This document shows positions 28,875 to 36,492 of a stretch of DNA of 64,000 nucleotides, piece after piece. Numbering within the stretch: position 1 is the first letter of the stretch; every line of letters starts with the position of its first letter. Made by a program: the position numbers and the translations under genes. This DNA is from a bacterium. Lineage in GTDB: Bacteria > Patescibacteriota > Patescibacteriia > Patescibacteriales > UBA12465. Below the pieces are notes generated by a model that saw nothing but the letters and a program-made list of their open reading frames with translations, had not been told where the DNA came from and made no database searches. The DNA lies in the NCBI GenBank assembly GCA_030696105.1, contig JAUYNJ010000004.1, forward strand, positions 13,872 to 77,871. The letters run 5' to 3'.

Positions 28875-30977
28875 TTAGAATATTAAATAGTGTAGCCACA
28901 AAGTGACCGGAAGAAATAGAATAGAAATAGTAACCATTAGTTTGGTTAAGATGTTAAGAGACGGAGCAACCGTGTCTTTGTAAGGATCACCAACACAGTC
29001 ACCGGTCACGGAGGCTTTGTGAGGCAGTGAGCCTTTGCCGCCGTGTAATCCAGATTCGATTAGCTTTTTTGCATTATCCCAGGCACCACCTGCATTTGCC
29101 ATATAAACACCTTTACTAAAAGCAGATGCAACGGCACCGAGTAAAAAGGCCGTAAGCATGGCAGGGCCACCAATAACTGCAACCGATAGCGGGATAATTG
29201 ATACAAGTATTGCCGGCACTAGGCTATATTTTTGTGCAGCCGCAACGGCGATACTTACGCACTTTTGGTAATCAGGCAAAGACTTGCCTTCTAGAATGCC
29301 AAGTTCAACAATCTGTCTTTCAACTTCTTCCATTATTACGTACGCGGTATTACCAACAGCCCGCAATAATTTAGCTGAGAAAATCCAAGGAATTGATACA
29401 CCGAGAATAATCCCAGTAATGACGAAGGAGTTGGTAATTTCGAGATTAATTTGTGAGGCGTCAACTCCCAATTTGCCAGTTACAATAGCCGTCAGATGCC
29501 ACAGTGCAGCTAACAAAGCGATAGCAGCAAAAGCAGCTGAACCAATTGCATAACCCTTACCAGTAGCGGCGGTAGTATTGCCAAGAGCATCTAAATCGTT
29601 ACCGATTTTTGCTCTCTCACCATGAATTCCCGTCATCTCTAGTAATCCCTGGGCATTGTCTGCAATTGCCCCAAAGGCATCGATACTTAAGGTAATAGGC
29701 AAGGTTGATAACATGGCAACGGCAGCAATACTGATACCGTACACGTCTCCAAAATAATAGGCCAACATCATATATAACACCAAGGCTACTCCAGTATAGG
29801 TGGCGCTCTCGCTACCAATAGCGAGGCCCTCCACTATAACATTTGCATCCCCGCCTCTAGCTTTATCGGCGAGTTTTTTTACTGGATTGAAGCAAGTGCT
29901 TGTATAGTACTCAGCAATATAGGCAATGGTGTTGCCAGCGGCTAAACCGATTAACACACAATACCATAAGTTGAGATCACCCATGATGCGATAAATGAGA
30001 AAACCACTACCGACAGCGACAATGGCCGAAGTAATGTAGACAGCTCGACGGAAGCTCTTCAGGAGCTGCCTAAAACCATGTCCATCAACTTTTATCGACC
30101 AGATACCAACAATAGAAGCTAAGACGCCAATTGCCGAAATGGCAAGCGGAATCATAAGCATTTGTGAGGCTAAAATTCCAAGACCGTAATACATAGCACT
30201 AGTCTCGTAGGAATGCACTCCTGCTTCCATAGCGGCAGCGTTTCCAGCAACATAAGACTCATATAAATCCTGTCCCATGCCACCACAATCACTTGCAATG
30301 TCACCGGCATTATCACCTATAGTTGCCGGATTACGTTTGTCGTCTTCCGCCATACTATAACGACCTTTACCCACTAAATCAGCTGCAAAGTCCGCAGCTT
30401 TAGTAAAAATACCACCAGCAACTCTGGCCATAAAAGCCATAAAGCTACCACCAAAGGAAAAGGTAATGATGGTGGTGGTTAAAATTGTGCTGATTTCAGT
30501 ATCACTTAAATGTGCATTGTTGGTGTAAATAATCAAATACCAGATAAAGAGGTCAAGCAGCACAAAACCGCAGACACTAAATCCCATAATTGCTCCTCCA
30601 CTTAAAGAGGTGTACACCGCCTGTCTCAGCCCATCCTTTGTGCTCACAGCAGTAGCCGCGTTCGCAAAGGTTGCGTAATACATGCCCACGAAGGCTGAGA
30701 GCGCTGAAAATGCAGCACCCGACAATACAGCAAAAGGTACATACCACGTCACAAACTCTTTACTAGCCAGATATAATAGGAGCACGAATATTGCACCTAT
30801 AATTTTGAAAGACGTTCCGTACTGCTTCATGATGAAGCTCATGACCGCCTTTCGAATATATCCGGCAATTTCTTGCGTGTCCGGATCAATCAGGATGCGC
30901 ATAATAAACAGTCGTCGATTCAAGACGACGGCAAAGGCCATAATAAATCCAACCGCAATAATCAGAAGGTTTTCCAT
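28875..30977 (-). CDS. hppA: membrane-bound proton/sodium-translocating pyrophosphatase
   Basis: 700 aa polytopic protein. H+-PPase motifs GDNAGD, GGAWDNAKK, GDCVGDPYKDTVAPSLN. Confidence 0.92.
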   Translation of the reverse strand: MENLLIIAVGFIMAFAVVLNRRLFIMRILIDPDTQEIAGYIRKAVMSFIMKQYGTSFKIIGAIFVLLLYLASKEFVTWYVPFAVLSGAAFSALSAFVGMYYATFANAATAVSTKDGLRQAVYTSLSGGAIMGFSVCGFVLLDLFIWYLIIYTNNAHLSDTEISTILTTTIITFSFGGSFMAFMARVAGGIFTKAADFAADLVGKGRYSMAEDDKRNPATIGDNAGDIASDCGGMGQDLYESYVAGNAAAMEAGVHSYETSAMYYGLGILASQMLMIPLAISAIGVLASIVGIWSIKVDGHGFRQLLKSFRRAVYITSAIVAVGSGFLIYRIMGDLNLWYCVLIGLAAGNTIAYIAEYYTSTCFNPVKKLADKARGGDANVIVEGLAIGSESATYTGVALVLYMMLAYYFGDVYGISIAAVAMLSTLPITLSIDAFGAIADNAQGLLEMTGIHGERAKIGNDLDALGNTTAATGKGYAIGSAAFAAIALLAALWHLTAIVTGKLGVDASQINLEITNSFVITGIILGVSIPWIFSAKLLRAVGNTAYVIMEEVERQIVELGILEGKSLPDYQKCVSIAVAAAQKYSLVPAILVSIIPLSVAVIGGPAMLTAFLLGAVASAFSKGVYMANAGGAWDNAKKLIESGLHGGKGSLPHKASVTGDCVGDPYKDTVAPSLNILTKLMVTISILFLPVTLWLHYLIF

Positions 30978-31152
30978 TTTCGCATTCTTTTAAGGTTAGT
31001 ACTGTGTAGAATTATTTTTCAATTGTGAAAGTGCGATGCACCTCATAAATTAGCACTAGGGGTGCAAATGTCAAGACTGGCATTTTTAAAAAAAGACTTG
31101 CAGTCAAACAAAAAGCCCCGACAAATTATCGGGACTTTACAATTTTCCAATA

Positions 31153-31356
31153 TTATTCTTTTTCCGCCTCAATCACCGATTGAATCACAGCCGGACTGGC
31201 AGTGTCAGCCTTATTAGTCGAGGGCGTCAATTCAGTTTCATCCTGAGACTGTGGGCGAGGTTCTAAGAGGTTCTTAGGACCGGACGTGGCATCGCCTAGC
31301 GAGCAGGCACTAAGTACGAGCGGGAGCAAAAACAAAAGCGTTAAGAGCTTTTTCAT
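31153..31356 (-). CDS. small lipoprotein
   Basis: Start set at MKKLLTLLFLLPLVLSAC (lipobox LSAC). 67 aa. Confidence 0.6.
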   Translation of the reverse strand: MKKLLTLLFLLPLVLSACSLGDATSGPKNLLEPRPQSQDETELTPSTNKADTASPAVIQSVIEAEKE

Positions 31357-31423
31357 ATTGTTAGTATATATTTTATTATCTGTTCTCAAGTATCCCATTA
31401 TCTTCTAATTTTGTAAAGAGGTA

Positions 31424-31458
31424 TTAAAAAGCCCAACTCTGAGTGAGAAGGGCTATGT
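31424..31458 (-). repeat. terminator module copy A (33/35 identical to 32592..32626)
   Basis: ttaaaaagcccAactctgaGtgagaagggctatgt. AGCCC/GGGCT stem with inner CTC/GAG pairs. Lies just 3' of gene 31469..31891. Confidence 0.8.
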
Positions 31459-31468
31459 TTTGAATGTT

Positions 31469-31891
31469 TTACAGTTTAGTCAGCTCGTTATCCTGCTGAA
31501 ATATCGCTATGCCAGCCAAGAAAGCAATGACGCTAAAATTGATAACGAAATATTCTATAATTTCAATTGCATCTTTGCTCAAGGAGCTATCATATTGAAA
31601 GTATGACATCATTCCGTGCCAAATTATTAAGCCAAGACCGATAACTGTAATTACTATCACTGACGAGGCCACATATTTATTGAGGCCGTTCTTTTTCCCA
31701 GTTTTAATGGCTTTTATCAGAAGTTGCCTGTGTGTCAGTAAGAAGAAATAACTAGCTACCGTCGCCAATGACAAGCTGTAAAGAACAGTCCCTGGCGATT
31801 CCGGTGGCAACTTCTCTCTCATCACTAAGTATACAATCACCGCCATAATGGTGCCGCCCGCAACGGTGGCAACCTTTATTACAACCCACAT
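31469..31891 (-). CDS. small polytopic membrane protein, cassette family member (lacks the family N-terminal helix)
   Basis: 140 aa, 4 TM. The segment LLTHRQLLIKAIKTGKKNGLNKYVASSVIVITVIGLGLIIWHGMM aligns by eye with LMRRQLYMRSLRTIKKFLPGVYVLAVAMVFSFLGLCLLTWQVM of 32635..33195. Confidence 0.65.
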   Translation of the reverse strand: MWVVIKVATVAGGTIMAVIVYLVMREKLPPESPGTVLYSLSLATVASYFFLLTHRQLLIKAIKTGKKNGLNKYVASSVIVITVIGLGLIIWHGMMSYFQYDSSLSKDAIEIIEYFVINFSVIAFLAGIAIFQQDNELTKL

Positions 31892-31896
31892 TAATC

Positions 31897-32007
31897 TCAG
31901 CTATATTCCCTGGTGCTGTAGCGCCAGTTGCGAATCCCTAGCACTATGAAATACATTAGAGCGATTGCCGTAATCACAGCAATGCCAATTACAAAGTTTG
32001 TTTCCAT
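31897..32007 (-). CDS. 36-aa ORF homologous to the N-terminal TM helix of 32635..33195 (split paralog or mini-protein)
   Basis: METNFVIGIAVITAIALMYFIVLGIRNWRYSTREYS* versus METIFLIGIAVITAIALLYVILLKARINNYSNRSD. The stop TGA lies 5 nt before the ATG of 31469..31891. Below the ORF-track size cutoff. Confidence 0.5.
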   Translation of the reverse strand: METNFVIGIAVITAIALMYFIVLGIRNWRYSTREYS

Positions 32008-32141
32008 GACTACTTGGTTTACTATGTGAATGTTTCCTCATCATACGGCTCATCAAGATTCTCGTGTAGCTGAGAATCGTCTAACTCAATTGGCATCAAT
32101 AGGCCAGAAATACATATGAATGCGTAGGCACCGATAAAATG

Positions 32142-32465
32142 CTAGACTATCAGCTGCAAATATATTACCAAGCACAAAGCGAGGCAAAACAGAGCGGACA
32201 AAAATACATAGGGCTGAAATAGGCCCGGAAATTCAACTTTTTCGCCGATAACAGGCGCATCAAGTAAGCCGATAAGGGCAGCGAAGTAGGCGATGGTTAC
32301 GGTCAGCAGCATACTATCTGCGGAGTCGGAAATAGTTATGTAAACAAGTAATATAGCCGCTGGGATGGTGCACCAAATAATTTTCAACATGGCAGGGCTA
32401 ATACTAATACGCCAAGTTCTTTTTTCAATCCATTTTCCGATGTAGAAAGCAACGAATGAAAACAA
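32142..32465 (-). CDS. small polytopic membrane protein; true start uncertain
   Basis: The 107-aa ORF begins at TTG. The in-frame upstream codons (IIEKFYFTFGAVIAGA) continue a hydrophobic helix back to a TAA at ~32523. The real start may therefore be a rare ATC/ATA/ATT codon near 32510..32520. Confidence 0.55.
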   Translation of the reverse strand: MFSFVAFYIGKWIEKRTWRISISPAMLKIIWCTIPAAILLVYITISDSADSMLLTVTIAYFAALIGLLDAPVIGEKVEFPGLFQPYVFLSALFCLALCLVIYLQLIV

Positions 32466-32556
32466 TGCGCCAGCAATAACGGCACCAAAGGTGAAGTAGA
32501 ATTTTTCTATGATTTATGAGTTTTGAGGATGAAATTGTAAAATGAACTATCCCGCA

Positions 32557-32585
32557 ACATTAGAACATTTTGAACTATTTGTCAA
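32557..32585 (-). promoter_or_regulatory. cassette promoter P1
   Basis: Minus strand TTGACA (32585..32580), 17 nt, TAATGT (32562..32557). Abuts terminator copy B. Confidence 0.65.
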
Positions 32586-32591
32586 ATTTAT

Positions 32592-32626
32592 TTAAAAAGC
32601 CCGACTCTGAATGAGAAGGGCTATGT
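32592..32626 (-). repeat. terminator module copy B
   Basis: ttaaaaagcccGactctgaAtgagaagggctatgt, just 3' of gene 32635..33195. Confidence 0.8.
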
Positions 32627-32634
32627 GTGAGAAC

Positions 32635-33195
32635 TTATTCTGCTTGTTTGCGGATGTCTTCCGCGATTTTTTTCATCATTTCTATGAATTCTCTTCTTGC
32701 AGCAGCCAATGTGTTAATGGCGATAAAAAACAAAACAAAGCACATAGCAATTGTAGCTACATATTGGCTATATGCATACTCAAACATGTCCATATCCATC
32801 ACCTGCCACGTCAATAAACATAGGCCGAGAAAGCTGAAGACCATTGCCACGGCCAGTACATATACACCAGGCAGAAATTTTTTAATGGTCCTTAGGGATC
32901 TCATATACAACTGCCGACGCATTAATATAAAACAAGCGCTGGCAAGCACTGCAAACAAATAGGAATGTAGAGCGATGACTGTAAATTCATTCATCAACAG
33001 ATTGCCTTGGGTGTAAAATATCAGTGCCCCCTGTACAATCAGACCAACAATTATTGTCGCTCTATAGAAATCGTCAAATAGGCCGAACATGTCAGACCGA
33101 TTACTGTAGTTGTTGATGCGCGCCTTTAGAAGGATTACGTAAAGAAGAGCAATTGCCGTAATTACAGCGATGCCAATTAAGAAAATTGTTTCCAT
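32635..33195 (-). CDS. small polytopic membrane protein, cassette family member (full length)
   Basis: 186 aa, about 5 TM plus a charged C-terminal helix (REFIEMMKKIAEDIRKQAE). ATG start. Confidence 0.7.
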   Translation of the reverse strand: METIFLIGIAVITAIALLYVILLKARINNYSNRSDMFGLFDDFYRATIIVGLIVQGALIFYTQGNLLMNEFTVIALHSYLFAVLASACFILMRRQLYMRSLRTIKKFLPGVYVLAVAMVFSFLGLCLLTWQVMDMDMFEYAYSQYVATIAMCFVLFFIAINTLAAARREFIEMMKKIAEDIRKQAE

Positions 33196-33239
33196 GATAT
33201 GGGGGGATTTTGGTTTAATTGTTAAAGAAGGTTCCTAGA

Positions 33240-33268
33240 ACATTAGTACATTATTGACATTTTGTCAA
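33240..33268 (-). promoter_or_regulatory. cassette promoter P2 with overlapping palindrome
   Basis: Minus strand TTGACA (33268..33263), 17 nt, TAATGT (33245..33240). The -35 sits inside the perfect inverted repeat ttattgaca-ttt-tgtcaataa (33251..33271). Confidence 0.65.
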
Positions 33269-33316
33269 TAAATAACCCTCGCCGAAACAAGGGGGTATTT
33301 TTTGCTCTTTTTTTAG

Positions 33317-33850
33317 CTATTCTTCGCCACGGCTAAGGTGGCGGTCGAAGTCTTCTAGTCTTCCCTGCAGTCGAACCGTTGTGACTGTAATGGAAGCGAG
33401 TAGTAGTGTTATCACGACACCAGCGCCTTTGACATTAATATCAGGACTAGCACCAGCAAAACCCATCGAGGCTGCGAACACAAGCGCGGTGAGTCCGTGC
33501 ATGAGAGCCATCAATATGACATTAATTGAGCGTCTTGGTGCGTAGGGGTCCCGATTGTTGTATATAACGAAATATACAAGCAGAAATAGGTTCAGCACTA
33601 TAAAGAAGAATGAGAAACCAGTGCTGTCAATTAGCACGTCCGCTCCCCTCCTTTCAGCATTGATTATTACCCGAAAGATCAAGCTAGCGATAATCATCAG
33701 CCACATTAGGAAGCCGAGATGCGGCGGCGTTGGTGCGGGTGACACTTCTTTAAAATACATCATCACGCATAGCAGAGCGATTGCAGCGCCAAGAATGAGC
33801 CAGGAATATTCACTGGGTAAGGTGCCGAAAATTTCAGTTAAAGTTTCCAT
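33317..33850 (-). CDS. small polytopic membrane protein, distant cassette family member
   Basis: Start preferred at ATG 33850 (METLTEIFG...), matching the MET- starts of the paralogs; the ORF-track start at 33889 is TTG. About 5 TM, charged C-terminus. Confidence 0.65.
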   Translation of the reverse strand: METLTEIFGTLPSEYSWLILGAAIALLCVMMYFKEVSPAPTPPHLGFLMWLMIIASLIFRVIINAERRGADVLIDSTGFSFFFIVLNLFLLVYFVIYNNRDPYAPRRSINVILMALMHGLTALVFAASMGFAGASPDINVKGAGVVITLLLASITVTTVRLQGRLEDFDRHLSRGEE

Positions 33851-33903
33851 TGGTTGCTGTTTTTTTTGGGGAGTTAGAAAATTTGACAATGAACAATATG
33901 TCT

Positions 33904-33932
33904 ATATTAATAATTTTTTCTATTTTTGTCAA
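33904..33932 (-). promoter_or_regulatory. cassette promoter P3
   Basis: Minus strand TTGACA (33932..33927), 17 nt, TAATAT (33909..33904). Confidence 0.6.
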
Positions 33933-34039
33933 ATCCTCCGCTATAGTTCAATAGCTTGAAAACACTTGTAATAGCTACGTCCCTACAAACCAAAAAAGAT
34001 GCCTGAAAGCATCTTTTTGTGAGTATTACAGAGTATTAT

Positions 34040-34681
34040 TTAGTTTGAACCGGGTTTGATAATGCTTCTAATTAAGCTGCGAAGACCGCGCTCTTTTTTT
34101 CTATCAGGCATTGTTTTAAGATTTTCATGCCCTTGAGTCTTATAATCTTTTATCTCCGCGTGTTGATCTTCTATTGCCACACCCTCAAGGTGAGCGTATT
34201 CCTCCACTAATACTTTGCGGTCTAAGCTCTCAACAACATCAACCTCGCTCATTTCCTTTGATTCCCCTTCCTCCCGATTAACATATATTTTTCCCTCCTC
34301 CGCTGAAACGGAAGCTGCCCCGATGATGCCCTTATTCTCAGGATTCAGTTCTTTAACGTCAAATTCATCGACTGAAGTTAATAGGAGCTCCTCATTGGAC
34401 ATCGTTGAGGCTTCGAAATTAGCTTCTTCATCCTCGCCTTCTTTCTTATTCTCCTCCCCGCCTTCACCGTATGACAGGTAATCAGCGTTTGGATCAGCGA
34501 CGTCTCTGATATCGACATAAGTATTGTTAGGATCGTTCTCTGTCACGCGCTTATCGTCTTCATCTCTTACCTCATCCTTAATGAAGTCCTGGTCTTGTGG
34601 CTTCAGATTATGCCGATCTAAAGCTTCGTTGTTTACAGCGCCCATCTCTTGCGCATCTTTAATGCCAAAATTTTCTCTCAT
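34040..34681 (-). CDS. hypothetical highly acidic, probably disordered protein
   Basis: 213 aa, very rich in Glu/Asp/Asn, no hydrophobic core segments, basic C-terminal tail (KKERGLRSLIRSIIKPGSN). Confidence 0.55.
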   Translation of the reverse strand: MRENFGIKDAQEMGAVNNEALDRHNLKPQDQDFIKDEVRDEDDKRVTENDPNNTYVDIRDVADPNADYLSYGEGGEENKKEGEDEEANFEASTMSNEELLLTSVDEFDVKELNPENKGIIGAASVSAEEGKIYVNREEGESKEMSEVDVVESLDRKVLVEEYAHLEGVAIEDQHAEIKDYKTQGHENLKTMPDRKKERGLRSLIRSIIKPGSN

Positions 34682-34843
34682 ACTTTTATTGATTAAAAAT
34701 AGTTATTGAAAATAATAGATAATTAATCCACAACCCTAATATTATATCATATATTCTGAAACTGGCAGTGATAAATGTCAATATATACATAGTGGTAATA
34801 AAAAACCCCTGTCGAAACAAGGGTGTAGATTCTTTGTACTTTT

Positions 34844-35218
34844 TTAAAATACGACTGCTACGAAGTTCGTATTTTTTGTGTCTTTTTTTTCCGGCAATTT
34901 ATTCCACCAATCAAGGGCTTTGGCGGGGGCGGCTGCGTGTGACCAATATGTGTCTCTTCCCTGCATCGGAATTGCCGGCACGTACCAACCAATGGACAAT
35001 CCCCGGCCCAGGAAATACGAACTGCACCAACCTTCGCTGTGACAGTTCTTTTGGTCATGCTCAGCACACGCAGTACACAAAAGCTTTGTTTGTGATACTG
35101 CAGTCTGATATTGTCGCCACAGCCTGACTGGAATAGCGCCGCAGTCATCACATTTGTAGTCCCGCGGGACAACCATGTTGGCGTAATTCACTGTGCCAAC
35201 TTTTTTTACTGTTTTCAT
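34844..35218 (-). CDS. hypothetical Cys-rich (zinc-ribbon-like) protein
   Basis: 124 aa. CDDCG...CTAC pairs plus additional Cys/His (CAEHDQKNCHSEGWC). ATG start, own promoter and terminator. Confidence 0.55.
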   Translation of the reverse strand: MKTVKKVGTVNYANMVVPRDYKCDDCGAIPVRLWRQYQTAVSQTKLLCTACAEHDQKNCHSEGWCSSYFLGRGLSIGWYVPAIPMQGRDTYWSHAAAPAKALDWWNKLPEKKDTKNTNFVAVVF

Positions 35219-35282
35219 CGTGTTGCTTTTTTGGGTTATTATTTAGGTTTTAATGTTCAAATCAAATTTCAGTGTTCAAAAA

Positions 35283-35311
35283 AGTATGTCACGGGCGTGA
35301 AGATTTGTCAA
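35283..35311 (-). promoter_or_regulatory. promoter for the Cys-rich protein gene
   Basis: Minus strand aaataaaTTGACA (35311..35306), 17 nt, CATACT (35288..35283). The upstream AAATAAATTGACAAA context is shared with the cassette promoters. Confidence 0.55.
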
Positions 35312-35400
35312 TTTATTTGGGGGGGGTGCGCACACACATATGGCGGTTTTCTGAGAACTCACATAAAACATGGAAAATAGCTTAGCAGCCTAATATTGAA

Positions 35401-36000
35401 CTATAAAGTTTGCAATGCAATTCGGATAGGCTCTGTTGATACACTAAACTGCTCTGCTAACGGATCGATTATATATTCAGTTAAATCAATGTCTTCAATT
35501 CCGTGAACAGCCAACTGCTTTCTTAATTTTATTAATAATTTTTCCTTATACTCTTTTAATACTGGTTTAGGAACCAAGAAGCAGCCCGCAAAATTATTGG
35601 CCTGAGTTTCAAGAAATCCGTACTGCCGAGCAGGCGCCTTCTCACAAAAATTATAATAATCCTCTAATGACTTAATACCCAGAGATTCGTATAGCTTTTT
35701 ATGTAAAAGAAAATGCCCTAGTTCATGAGCCATAGAAAACCTAACCCTCTTATACTTGTGGTCTTCGAGATATGCCTCATTATCAACATAGACGCTTTTC
35801 CAGTCTGACGTGATAAATGAATCAATACCTGCAAGTCTTTTCAAATCGGGTGTCGGGATAACCTTGATTTTCAGTTTCATTAAGACTTTCTCAATATCAA
35901 TTGGAATATCCGAACCCCAATACTTATCCCTTGATTGGTCTGCTAGTTCCCTTATTTGACCAATTCCAATATAGGGAGCCTTGAAGTGAGAATAGTCCAT
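35401..36000 (-). CDS. ImmA/IrrE family zinc metallopeptidase (COG2856 type)
   Basis: 199 aa. HEXXH motif in FSMAHELGHFLLH. Sits 8 nt downstream of the XRE gene. Confidence 0.85.
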   Translation of the reverse strand: MDYSHFKAPYIGIGQIRELADQSRDKYWGSDIPIDIEKVLMKLKIKVIPTPDLKRLAGIDSFITSDWKSVYVDNEAYLEDHKYKRVRFSMAHELGHFLLHKKLYESLGIKSLEDYYNFCEKAPARQYGFLETQANNFAGCFLVPKPVLKEYKEKLLIKLRKQLAVHGIEDIDLTEYIIDPLAEQFSVSTEPIRIALQTL

Positions 36001-36008
36001 ACAAATAT

Positions 36009-36380
36009 TTAAGCATTTTTAATCAATTTCATTAAACTATCAAGCTCTTCTTTCGAGGGCTTCTTGTTTCGCACCGTTCGGAAAAAGGCGGGCATTAACT
36101 GTAGTAATTCTTGATTATCCATTAAATCAGAAGGAATAATACCCTGCGCGATTTTAGCTTTATCAGAGAAGTCTTGAAGTTTTTCTTTTTCTACTGATAG
36201 TGCTTTCGCCCATAATTTCAAAGTCTTTTCATCGGAAGGAGGAGAAATTAAACCCCTTTCAATTTTACTCCAATTACTTGGATCATAGCTCACCATCTTA
36301 CACACCTCTCGAATGCTTAAATTGGCTTCAGCCCTCAACTCAAAAAGCAAAGAACCGAATTTTCTTAAGTTTTTCGACAT
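36009..36380 (-). CDS. XRE-family helix-turn-helix transcriptional regulator
   Basis: 123 aa. N-terminal HTH_3-like segment (LRAEANLSIREVCKMVSYDPSNWSKIERG). Confidence 0.8.
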   Translation of the reverse strand: MSKNLRKFGSLLFELRAEANLSIREVCKMVSYDPSNWSKIERGLISPPSDEKTLKLWAKALSVEKEKLQDFSDKAKIAQGIIPSDLMDNQELLQLMPAFFRTVRNKKPSKEELDSLMKLIKNA

Positions 36381-36492
36381 ACGATTATTTGTTGGTTAGT
36401 TATTGTGGTAATATTTTACCACACATATTTAAACTGTCAAGAATAACAAAAGGCCCTCCCAAAAGGAGGGCCTAATATCTCATAATAATACT

